From Candidatus Woesebacteria bacterium (GTDB lineage: Bacteria > Patescibacteriota > Microgenomatia > UBA8517): a stretch of 64,000 nt of DNA. The translations under genes were made by a program, and so were the position numbers. Positions 7,919 to 16,415 of this stretch are shown here, piece by piece (the stretch's first letter is position 1; each line of letters starts with the position of its first letter). The stretch is taken from the NCBI GenBank assembly GCA_016926185.1, contig JAFGPD010000042.1, forward strand, positions 1,985-65,984. The letters are read 5' to 3'. Under the pieces are notes generated by a model, which saw nothing but the letters and a program-made list of their open reading frames with translations, did no database searches and was not told the origin of the DNA.

Positions 7919-10609
7919 ATGTCGATCAATTCTTCCAGCAGTCCAAGGGCTCTAATCATTTCTGGTGAAACAGTTTTGCAAAAAGCTGTTGCCAGCCAAC
8001 TGGAGAATTTGCAATGTTTTGTGGAATGCAAAGATCATTCAGAAAGTTTTGATGAGATCATCGATTTTTCAACTGATGAAACTGAACGGAAGAATATTTA
8101 TGGACAAATATATTTTATTTGGATAATGGGGAATTTAGGTTTGATCAAAGAAGATATTTTTGATTTTAAACTTGCGAGGAAAAGCTTATTAGAAAATCTC
8201 AAACGATTGAAGGATTCAAATTCCAGATGCATTTTTATCTTTCCTTATGTTGAAAAAAAAGATAACTTTACAAAAACAAGTGAACTTATATCAATATTAA
8301 GACAATCAGGGTTTGAAAAGGATATTTTGGTAGTTGGAGATGTTTGTGTGCAGGAAGATATGAAAAATTTCGCCAGCGGAATAGCATTGAAAAGTCTCTA
8401 TCGACAATACTATCCAATTGATATCAAAGAACTTAGTCGTGAGATAGTAAAAAACCTTTTCTCACTCTCTGAAAAAAAACCCAGAGCATTGATATCTAAA
8501 AGATTCGGAAAATTGGATACTAAAAAACTTTTTGAGAAAAACAATTTATTAATGCCTGAAAATGAGTTTATGTCCGATTACAAAAAAAGGAGAATTAAAT
8601 CAAAAAAATATCTTAACCAAAACCAGAAAGAGCTGATAGAAGGCATGGAACATATTTTAAAAAATATAAAAAGTAAGACTATACAAAAAGAGATAAATGC
8701 CAATAAACAAGACACAAGTTCTGAAGAAAGTTCCAGTACAAAACTGAGTAGTCTAAGTCAAGAGCAAATTTTTTTAGCAGAAAAATTAAATGACGATAAA
8801 GACAGGATTTTGGCTCAAACAAATAAAAATCACATTAACATAAACGAATTATTGAAAAACATAAAATTCAAAAAGAAAATCAAAAAAAATAAACGAATAA
8901 GCAAAGATTTCTTACATAAAATAAAATTTATTTTCCTTGTATTTATTTTATTTCTAGTATTTATATTTTTTTCTCCGATAATTTTTCTAAAAGTATCAGA
9001 AAGATTGATTGTAGTTAACGATATTAATGATCTAAACAATGACACAGGGTCAAAAAACAGACTTTTGATAAGTAAACCATTATTGAACGTATCACAAAAT
9101 CAATTAAATATTTTATCGAGGTTAAATATTTTGGAAAAAATTTATACTGATCCTAGAGAAAGGATATTCCTCTTGCAAAAACAAAGAAATTATCTTCAGG
9201 ATATAATCTCTTTCCGGCAGCGATCTGATATCTTTCTACAGAGTATTCTTAGAGAAGGTGTTTCCGAGTCAACGATAAGAGATCTATATCTGAGACTTAA
9301 TGAAATATCTGAGGATGGTGCATTTCTTACAGGAGAATTGGAAGATTATAATAAAAAATTCAGTTCTGAAAGAACCATTGATGAACTGAGTGCAAACATT
9401 GACGATTTCAGAAAAAGAACTTTTTATGTTGGTGAATTCTTATCTTCTTCTGTAGAAATCTTTGGTTTTGGTGAAGAAAAGAAGTATTTGCTGGTATATG
9501 CAGACGACAATATTGTCAGGCCAAACGGTGGAAAAATAAAAGAGATCGGAATAGTAAAAATGAGTAGTGGTAAAGTTGATGACATCACTATTTTCGAAAG
9601 CAAACAAATTGACAATAAAATGAAAGGGTATATTGTCGCTCCAAAAACCCTTTATGATCTGCTAGATACCGAGAGTTGGAGCATTGAAGATTCAAACTGG
9701 TCTACAAGCTATGATGAAGCAGCTGAAAGGATCAGTCTATTTTTACAAAATAGTGTTGATGATGATGTTGACGGTGTAATAACTATAAACGGTGAATTCT
9801 TGCAAGATTATATCCAGTTGTATTTGAAGAATCTTAATGGAAATAATAATTCAATTTATTCAGACTTTGCCAATATGAAAGATACAGATATATTGAAGAG
9901 GTTTATTAATTTATTACAATCCATGCCAATTACGAACGGATCATTAACAGAATTTTTAAGTGATCAGATCAATGAGAAAAATTTGCTTATAGAATTTTTT
10001 GATTTTGACGTCAGTCGCTTAGGCTGGAATGACAGCTATGATCATAGAAGCTGTCAAGACAGCTGTTTTGATGATTTTATAAAAATTAGCGAATTTGAAC
10101 TTTCGGGGTCGTCTGATGCAGAAGTGACAAGAATGGGATCTTTATTAGTCTCTTTAGAGAGTGGTCTGGTCAAAAGGAAATATATGCTCACTTTTTTCAA
10201 CACGAGTGATGAGGAATACAAAAGTTATATAAGATTATCTGTTCCACAGGAGTCTGGGTTTGCTCCGGTTACAATGATTGACAGCGATAGCCAATCGGAA
10301 AAGTTATTAAATATCAGTGCAGAAAAAGGACGGAAGGAAGCAGGGATTATAATTGATGTTGATCCTGGTGAGAACAAAAGCTTGATATTTAACTGGGAAG
10401 GAGGTTTACCCTCTGAACATGAAAGTTATCAGATGAGATTATTAAAACAACCTGGCACGGGAACAGTTGATACTAATGTAAAGATGCTATACTCAAATAA
10501 GGCTAAAACGATGACAAAAGGGAACGATTTCTTGACCAAGAGGGAAAGCTTGCTATATAATTCTACACTGTTGACTGATGAGATCATTCAGTTAGACCTA
10601 AATAAGTAA
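7919..10609 (+). CDS. large single-pass membrane protein of unknown function
   Basis: 896 aa: a ~330-aa N-terminal domain, a lysine-rich linker, one strongly hydrophobic helix (IFLVFILFLVFIFFSPIIFL), then a ~540-aa C-terminal domain. No motif I can assign. Confidence 0.5.
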   Translation: MSINSSSSPRALIISGETVLQKAVASQLENLQCFVECKDHSESFDEIIDFSTDETERKNIYGQIYFIWIMGNLGLIKEDIFDFKLARKSLLENLKRLKDSNSRCIFIFPYVEKKDNFTKTSELISILRQSGFEKDILVVGDVCVQEDMKNFASGIALKSLYRQYYPIDIKELSREIVKNLFSLSEKKPRALISKRFGKLDTKKLFEKNNLLMPENEFMSDYKKRRIKSKKYLNQNQKELIEGMEHILKNIKSKTIQKEINANKQDTSSEESSSTKLSSLSQEQIFLAEKLNDDKDRILAQTNKNHININELLKNIKFKKKIKKNKRISKDFLHKIKFIFLVFILFLVFIFFSPIIFLKVSERLIVVNDINDLNNDTGSKNRLLISKPLLNVSQNQLNILSRLNILEKIYTDPRERIFLLQKQRNYLQDIISFRQRSDIFLQSILREGVSESTIRDLYLRLNEISEDGAFLTGELEDYNKKFSSERTIDELSANIDDFRKRTFYVGEFLSSSVEIFGFGEEKKYLLVYADDNIVRPNGGKIKEIGIVKMSSGKVDDITIFESKQIDNKMKGYIVAPKTLYDLLDTESWSIEDSNWSTSYDEAAERISLFLQNSVDDDVDGVITINGEFLQDYIQLYLKNLNGNNNSIYSDFANMKDTDILKRFINLLQSMPITNGSLTEFLSDQINEKNLLIEFFDFDVSRLGWNDSYDHRSCQDSCFDDFIKISEFELSGSSDAEVTRMGSLLVSLESGLVKRKYMLTFFNTSDEEYKSYIRLSVPQESGFAPVTMIDSDSQSEKLLNISAEKGRKEAGIIIDVDPGENKSLIFNWEGGLPSEHESYQMRLLKQPGTGTVDTNVKMLYSNKAKTMTKGNDFLTKRESLLYNSTLLTDEIIQLDLNK

Positions 10610-10612
10610 TGT

Positions 10613-11320
10613 ATGGATAAAGTAAGTCTCAAAGCGGAAAAAAGAAAGCTTACAGGAAGAAAAGTAAAAAAACTTCGTGAAGAGGGTATTTTGCCAGGAA
10701 ATATTTATGGAAAGAAGTTCAAGTCGGAAACTATTCAACTTGACAAAAAAGAATTTGGAGAAGTATTCAATAAGGCAGGGGAAACTAGTTTGGTAGAAAT
10801 TTCAATTGATAAAGATAAGCACTTGACTCTTATTAAAAATATTCAAAAAAACCCAGTCTCAGGTGATCTTATTCATGTAGACTTTCTAAAAGTTTCACTT
10901 AAGGAAAAGGTTACAGCTATGATCCCATTGGAGCTGTTGGGTGATGCACCCGCTGAAAAACAAGGTGTGGGAACTATTGTCCAATATATTGACGAAATAG
11001 AAGTTGAAGCTCTTCCTACAGATCTTCCTGAAAAGTTTGTTTTAAGTGTCGAAGACCTTAAGGATGTAGATCAACAACTTAAGATAAGTGACCTTGATGT
11101 TGACAAGGATAAGATAACTATTAATCATGAACCTGATCAAATTCTTGTGAGAGTTGAAGAGGTTTCTGAGGAAGAGATAGTTGAACCAACTTCAGCAGAA
11201 GGGGAATTGGCTGAGGGTGAAAAACCAGAAGGAGAGTCCGTAGAAGGTCAAGAAGAAGAGGTTAAAAAAGGTGAAGGACCTGCACAGTCAGGAAAAGAAG
11301 AATCTCCATCAGAAAAGTAG
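10613..11320 (+). CDS. rplY: 50S ribosomal protein L25 / general stress protein Ctc
   Basis: N-terminal KAEKRKLTGRKVKKLREEGILPGNIYGK matches L25. The Ctc-type C-terminal extension has an acidic tail. Confidence 0.8.
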   Translation: MDKVSLKAEKRKLTGRKVKKLREEGILPGNIYGKKFKSETIQLDKKEFGEVFNKAGETSLVEISIDKDKHLTLIKNIQKNPVSGDLIHVDFLKVSLKEKVTAMIPLELLGDAPAEKQGVGTIVQYIDEIEVEALPTDLPEKFVLSVEDLKDVDQQLKISDLDVDKDKITINHEPDQILVRVEEVSEEEIVEPTSAEGELAEGEKPEGESVEGQEEEVKKGEGPAQSGKEESPSEK

Positions 11321-11323
11321 TTT

Positions 11324-11764
11324 CTACAGACCAAGTTCTGTTTCTGTGTCCTTAACTTTATTAAGATTTGGATTTATATCCTTTGCTTTTTCGAGATATC
11401 TTATTGCTTTTTGAATGTTTCCCGTTTCGTATTCAATTTTCGTAAGTTCTAACCAGCCATCGATATAGTTGGGATTCTCTTTCATATATGATGTCCAAAA
11501 AGACCTTTCTTTCTCCATAGAATTTTGCGTATTCATACCTAGAGTTTGTGTTTGCTGTTTGGGGGGTTGCGGAACTTCTCTCTCAAAATTGACAGAAACA
11601 AATGCGATGAGAACGTAAGAAGAGGCAAGAAGTGTCAAACTTATATTTTTACTTTTAGCACCTTTTTCTAATACAAAAAATCTTAAGATCTTATTATACT
11701 TTTTGATTATTGAATTTTTAATATTCCTTAGACCGTTATTTAATGTCTGATTTTGTTTTGCCAT
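11324..11764 (-). CDS. membrane-anchored TPR-like repeat protein
   Basis: One TM segment (LLASSYVLIAFVSV) followed by a TPR-like helix pair (WLELTKIEYETGNIQKAIRYLEKAKDINP). Confidence 0.45.
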   Translation of the reverse strand: MAKQNQTLNNGLRNIKNSIIKKYNKILRFFVLEKGAKSKNISLTLLASSYVLIAFVSVNFEREVPQPPKQQTQTLGMNTQNSMEKERSFWTSYMKENPNYIDGWLELTKIEYETGNIQKAIRYLEKAKDINPNLNKVKDTETELGL

Positions 11765-11799
11765 GATTTGAAATTGAAATTGCTTGTATAATTAATAGT

Positions 11800-12081
11800 A
11801 TGGATAATAATCAAAATGTCAATCAAGAGCAAAAAGAAAACTTTGCTGGTGTAACTACAGGAACTGATAGAAGTAATTTCAGCAATAAAGAGGTTGTTTA
11901 TCAAAGCAAAAATAACAGTATGAATTTGGAAAATGAACAAAAGATAGAAAAAATACCGGAAATTAGCGAGCCGGAGGATAGTTATAATGCAGGGAATAAG
12001 TCCGATGTGGTCTATAAGATATCAATATTATTTTTAGTATTATCAATTGTAGGGCTATTTATTTATATTTTTATTCGGTAG
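11800..12081 (+). CDS. small hypothetical protein with C-terminal TM helix
   Basis: 93 aa with a C-terminal hydrophobic tail ILFLVLSIVGLFIYIFI. Overlaps the valS 3' end (convergent). Confidence 0.3.
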   Translation: MDNNQNVNQEQKENFAGVTTGTDRSNFSNKEVVYQSKNNSMNLENEQKIEKIPEISEPEDSYNAGNKSDVVYKISILFLVLSIVGLFIYIFIR

Positions 12082-14340
12082 TGTCTGTAAGGATGGCCAA
12101 GAGGAGATAATTAATGGCTTATCGCTGCTTTTAAAAATATTTTGCCATATCGCTTCTGTGACAAAAGGCATAAAGGGATGAAGTAATTTCAAGCTATTGA
12201 GATATATATGTCTAAAGATAGACAGAGCGATTTCTTTATCATTTCGGTCTTTGATGCTTTCCAAATAGTTTGATGCAAGCTCGTCCCACATAAAGTGATA
12301 GATCGTTTCAGAAGCTTCTGCAAAACGATATTTTTCAAGTGAATTATTAACTTTTTTAATTGTTTTTTCCAGGGACATAATTATATCTTTGTCTTGTTTT
12401 TTGAGTTTGCTTTCAAGAGTCTTTGAGTAGATGGGAATATTTTTGTTTGATTCTTCTATCATTAGATTCATAAACCTTGCCATGTTCCAGATCTTATTGG
12501 CAAAATTCCGGTAGGCTAGGATTTTGTCCTTCGGGAAATTAAAATCTTTTCCATTGGCAGTCCCACTTATTAATCCAACCCTTAATGCATCTGCGCCATA
12601 TTTTTCAAGATATTCATCAGGGCTGATTACGTTACCTAGAGATTTGCTCATTTTCCTACCATCCATTGCCCTTACAAGTCCATGCAGATAAATATCTTTA
12701 AATGGGGCTTTGCCTGTCAGATATATCCCAAACATTAACATTCTTGATACCCAGAAGGGTAAGATTTCCCAGCCTGTTTCAAGTACATCTGTTGGGTAGA
12801 AATATTGAAAATCTTTACTATCAGGATACCCAAGAGTAGTAAGAGGCCACTGTCCTGAAGAGAACCAGGTATCAAAAGTGTCAGTCTCCTGTAAATATCT
12901 TTCACCAGGTTTTTCAGTTGAGATCTTATATACTGCACCTTTCGGAGCAAGGAGTGTCTGAAGACCTTTTTCAATCTCTGCCAGTGAATATTCTTTCAGC
13001 AGATTCCCGACGGTTCCGGTGATCGTCTCTTTTTGTTTTGAAAGAAAAGTGATCTTAAGGTTTTTATTTTCATCAACGTCGTACCATGCCGGGATCCTGA
13101 TCCCCCAGACAACCTGACGGCTAATTGGCCAATCATGCATATCTTTCATCCACTTGTGATACTTTTTCTCCTGCCATTTTGGGTAGATCTTTACTTGTCC
13201 CTTTTTAACGACTTCATGCGCCGGTTTTTTTAATGGATCGACTTTTATAAACCAATTGGGCAATATTGTAGGTTCAATATCATGTCCACCCTTGTAACAG
13301 ACAGAAACGGTATGTTGATAATCTTCATCGATCTTTTCAACAAGTCCTTTTTGCTTAAGGATATCTATCGTTTTTTCTCGTGCGTTGATCACTTTTTGCC
13401 CTTCGAGATCTTCCGACTTTTCGTTAAGTCTTCCGTCAAGATTTAATAGGGAAATGATCTTTAAGCCATGTTTTTTTGCGACCTCAAAGTCGTTTTTATC
13501 ATGAGCAGGAGTTATTTTGACTACACCAGTTCCGAATTCCATATCAACGAATTCATCTTCAATAATCTCCATCTTTTTACCTGTAAGGGGATTCTGGAAC
13601 TTGAAAGAAAGAAGCTGCCTCTTATGTTTATCTTTCGGGTTGATGGCAAGATGAGTATCTACAAAGATAGTTTCGGGCCTGACTGTTGCAACAACAACAT
13701 GATCTTTGCCTTTGAACTTTTTATTGTCAGATATTGGGAATTTCACATAAACAAGAGGGTCTTTTCTTTTTATATGTTTGACCTCCAGATCTGCAAAAGT
13801 TGTTCCGCAATTAGGACAATAGTTGACCATATAATCATCCCGGTAGACTAACTTATCTTTATGGAGTTTTTTGAAAGTGTCTGTGACGATCTTTATTACT
13901 TTATTATCCAGCATGAAGGTATATTTGTCCCAGTCGACACTTGCACCCATTTGCTTGATCTGATCATTAATGAGTTCCCGGTTTTCTATCACAAAATCCC
14001 AGATGTTTTTGTATAAGCTCTGTCTGTCAAAATCCATCCTGCTTTTACCATTTTTGCGAAGTTCTCGCTCGAAAGTTATTTGGGTTTCAAAGCCAGCATG
14101 ATCAGTTCCAGGGGTCCAGAGAGTAGAGAAGCCCTGCATTCTTTTCCATCGGATCAGAAGGTCTTCAATGGCGATCATTAAAACGTTACCGATATGCATT
14201 TTTCCTGAAGCGTTTGGCGGTGGGAGAAGTATTGTATAAGGTTTTTTACTTTTATCAACTTTTGCCTTAAAAGCACCACTTTCTTCCCAAAGAGAATAAA
14301 TTTTACTTTCCCATTTTTGATGGTCGTATCTTTTTTCCAT
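12055..14340 (-). CDS. valS: valyl-tRNA synthetase (compact form)
   Basis: PPPNASGKMHIGN (HIGH region), editing-domain motif TGVVKITPAHDKNDFEVAKKHGL, WPISRQVVWGIRIPAW, and KMSKSLGNVISP. Confidence 0.85.
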   Translation of the reverse strand: MEKRYDHQKWESKIYSLWEESGAFKAKVDKSKKPYTILLPPPNASGKMHIGNVLMIAIEDLLIRWKRMQGFSTLWTPGTDHAGFETQITFERELRKNGKSRMDFDRQSLYKNIWDFVIENRELINDQIKQMGASVDWDKYTFMLDNKVIKIVTDTFKKLHKDKLVYRDDYMVNYCPNCGTTFADLEVKHIKRKDPLVYVKFPISDNKKFKGKDHVVVATVRPETIFVDTHLAINPKDKHKRQLLSFKFQNPLTGKKMEIIEDEFVDMEFGTGVVKITPAHDKNDFEVAKKHGLKIISLLNLDGRLNEKSEDLEGQKVINAREKTIDILKQKGLVEKIDEDYQHTVSVCYKGGHDIEPTILPNWFIKVDPLKKPAHEVVKKGQVKIYPKWQEKKYHKWMKDMHDWPISRQVVWGIRIPAWYDVDENKNLKITFLSKQKETITGTVGNLLKEYSLAEIEKGLQTLLAPKGAVYKISTEKPGERYLQETDTFDTWFSSGQWPLTTLGYPDSKDFQYFYPTDVLETGWEILPFWVSRMLMFGIYLTGKAPFKDIYLHGLVRAMDGRKMSKSLGNVISPDEYLEKYGADALRVGLISGTANGKDFNFPKDKILAYRNFANKIWNMARFMNLMIEESNKNIPIYSKTLESKLKKQDKDIIMSLEKTIKKVNNSLEKYRFAEASETIYHFMWDELASNYLESIKDRNDKEIALSIFRHIYLNSLKLLHPFMPFVTEAIWQNIFKSSDKPLIISSWPSLQTLPNKNINK

Positions 14341-14631
14341 TGTTTGATTCCAAAAGACCCTCCTTCACTAAGGTTTCGGAAGGGTTGTGCTATTTATTAA
14401 TTTAATATTACACAAAAAACCTCTCTTTTTTGAGAGGTTCTACTTGGTTAGAAAAGTAGAAGGTACCAACCTTCTCTGTACTTAATTCACTGCTATAACG
14501 GGCTTACCCGTGTGACTTGAGTTTCTTTTCGGTCACAAGCTTGCTTGGGGAATAACCAAGCTCGAACGCTTTGTGCTTATTATAACACAGCAGGAAACAA
14601 AGAAAGAAAATCAAAACCTTATATTTTCAAG
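14341..14631 (-). promoter_or_regulatory. structured valS leader with T-box-like antiterminator/terminator switch
   Basis: Transcript-strand sequence GAGAAGG-UUGGUACC-(hairpin UUCUACUU/AAGUAGAA)-CCUCUC forms an antiterminator-like helix. The UGGUACC bulge resembles the T-box UGGNACC. It overlaps an alternative intrinsic terminator, AACCUCUC-AAAAAA-GAGAGGUU-UUUU, about 60 nt before the valS AUG. Confidence 0.45.
14411..14440 (-). terminator. intrinsic terminator hairpin inside the valS leader (attenuator)
   Basis: 8-bp GC-containing stem (aacctctc / gagaggtt), 6-nt loop, followed by a U-tract on the minus-strand transcript. Confidence 0.5.
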
Positions 14632-15273
14632 TCAATTTTTAGAGATAGTGTCTAAAATATCATTAGCAGAAACATTTCCTTCTCTTAAGATCTTAATATT
14701 ATATTCAGAAAGATCAATTATTGTAGAGGGTTTATTTTCAGGGAGTGTGCCTGCATCTAAGATCAAGTCAACTTTTGATACATCCAAAACATTTTTAACA
14801 TCACTAATAGAATAAGGAGTTTGTTCTCCCGTACGATTTGCAGACGGTGTGGTGTAGGGAAGATGCAAACATCCACTAAGAGATTGAGTGGTCAAGTTGT
14901 CAGGGATCTTGACTCCCAGTGTACTTAGACCTCCGGTTAGAATTCCAGGAATAGGGGAGCATGGTCTTTTTTTCAAGATCATTGTTAACGGACCTGGTAA
15001 GAGTTTTTCAAAAAGTGTTTTAGAGGTCTTGTTTGGTATTGTAAGTTTTCGTATCATATCCCAATCCCTTACTACGACATGAGTGGGTTTGTCAGTCCGT
15101 CTGTTTTTTAGCCGGTAAAGTTTTTTTATAGCCTTTTGGTCATAAGCATTGACGGCAATCCCGTAAGCGGTGTCAGTGGGATAGATAACCAGCCCGCCGC
15201 GTTTTATTGCATTTACAGCTTTTTCAATTGCTTTTGGATTGGGGTTTTTGTGGTTGATTTTAATTAACTCCAT
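14632..15273 (-). CDS. tsaC: L-threonylcarbamoyladenylate synthase (YrdC/Sua5 family)
   Basis: VIYPTDTAYGIAVNAYDQKAIKKLYRLKNR is the YrdC signature. Adjacent to tsaD. Confidence 0.8.
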   Translation of the reverse strand: MELIKINHKNPNPKAIEKAVNAIKRGGLVIYPTDTAYGIAVNAYDQKAIKKLYRLKNRRTDKPTHVVVRDWDMIRKLTIPNKTSKTLFEKLLPGPLTMILKKRPCSPIPGILTGGLSTLGVKIPDNLTTQSLSGCLHLPYTTPSANRTGEQTPYSISDVKNVLDVSKVDLILDAGTLPENKPSTIIDLSEYNIKILREGNVSANDILDTISKN

Positions 15274-15279
15274 AAATTA

Positions 15280-16371
15280 CTAGAGGTCTAATATTGTAGC
15301 GTCTGGTTTTGCATCGAGCTCTTTCCATGAGGAAGATTTTTTGCTGAAAAAGGCACGACTTGCAATAAAAGTTGCATTATCAGTGCTTAGACTGGGGTTG
15401 GGTACATGAAATACTATATCCGGGATTTCGACTTTGCTTCGATATCCTAATTTTTTACGAAGTCGCTCATTGGCGGATACACCGCCAGACAGTAACAATG
15501 AAACTGGTTTTAAGTTAACGCAGGCTTTAATTGTCTTTTCAACAAGAGAATCAACAATAGCTTCCTGGACTTCAGCTGCGATCTTGTTTAGATCAAACCC
15601 ACTACTTTTATTAAGATAGTTTTTAACAGAGGTCTTTAACCCTGAGAAACTAAAGTCATAATCATCACTTTCGATCATTGGTCTGGGAAAAAGATCCAGT
15701 TTTACATTCTTAGCAACGGAAAGGTATTTTTCAGCTTTTTCAGAGATTTCCGGACCTCCGGGGTATGGCAATCCTAAGATCCTTGCTATCTTATCGAATG
15801 CTTCGCCTGCAGCGTCATCTCGTGTGCTGCCAAGCACTTTAATATCATTGTGGTTTTTTATAAGCAAGAGTTGTGTATGACCGCCGCTTACAACTAGATT
15901 GATCGCTGGAAAAAGAGGGAGAGGGGTGTCGCCTTTGTGACTTCCTTTTTTATTGTTTTTAATGAAACTTCCATAGGCGTGAGCAATTATATGATTGACT
16001 GGAATTAGGGTTTTTGAATGCCTGTATGTAAGAGTTTTTGCAGTTTCCACTCCTACCAGAAGTGATCCAATAAGACCCGGTCCGTAAGTTACAGCTATAG
16101 CGTCGACATTGTCGCTCAGCGTTTTTGTTGCAGTTGCTTTTAATATTGGGTTGTTGTGATCCGGTGTGCCAAATGCCTTCAACAAACATTCTTGTATTAT
16201 CGGGATGATATATTCAACCTGTTTTCTTGCTGCCACTTCTGGGATTATTCCGCCTGTTTTTGCATGCAGATCACTAGAGCTTGCCACGCAACTTGATAGA
16301 ATTTTTGTTCCGTTTTCTACAATTGCAGCTGCAGTTTCATCACAACTTGTTTCAATGCCCAGAATTATCAT
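15280..16371 (-). CDS. tsaD: tRNA N6-adenosine threonylcarbamoyltransferase (Kae1/TsaD)
   Basis: MIILGIETSCDETAAAIV N-terminus. HxxH-type metal site (HIIAHAYGS). GGVSAN motif near the C-terminus. Confidence 0.9.
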   Translation of the reverse strand: MIILGIETSCDETAAAIVENGTKILSSCVASSSDLHAKTGGIIPEVAARKQVEYIIPIIQECLLKAFGTPDHNNPILKATATKTLSDNVDAIAVTYGPGLIGSLLVGVETAKTLTYRHSKTLIPVNHIIAHAYGSFIKNNKKGSHKGDTPLPLFPAINLVVSGGHTQLLLIKNHNDIKVLGSTRDDAAGEAFDKIARILGLPYPGGPEISEKAEKYLSVAKNVKLDLFPRPMIESDDYDFSFSGLKTSVKNYLNKSSGFDLNKIAAEVQEAIVDSLVEKTIKACVNLKPVSLLLSGGVSANERLRKKLGYRSKVEIPDIVFHVPNPSLSTDNATFIASRAFFSKKSSSWKELDAKPDATILDL

Positions 16372-16415
16372 TTTTCATTACTAAATCTGCAGATCATATT
16401 ATATCTTCCAGTATT

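Noticed and set aside
13468-13851. 127-aa plus-strand ORF inside valS
   Set aside because: It is antisense to the conserved ValRS catalytic core. Spurious.
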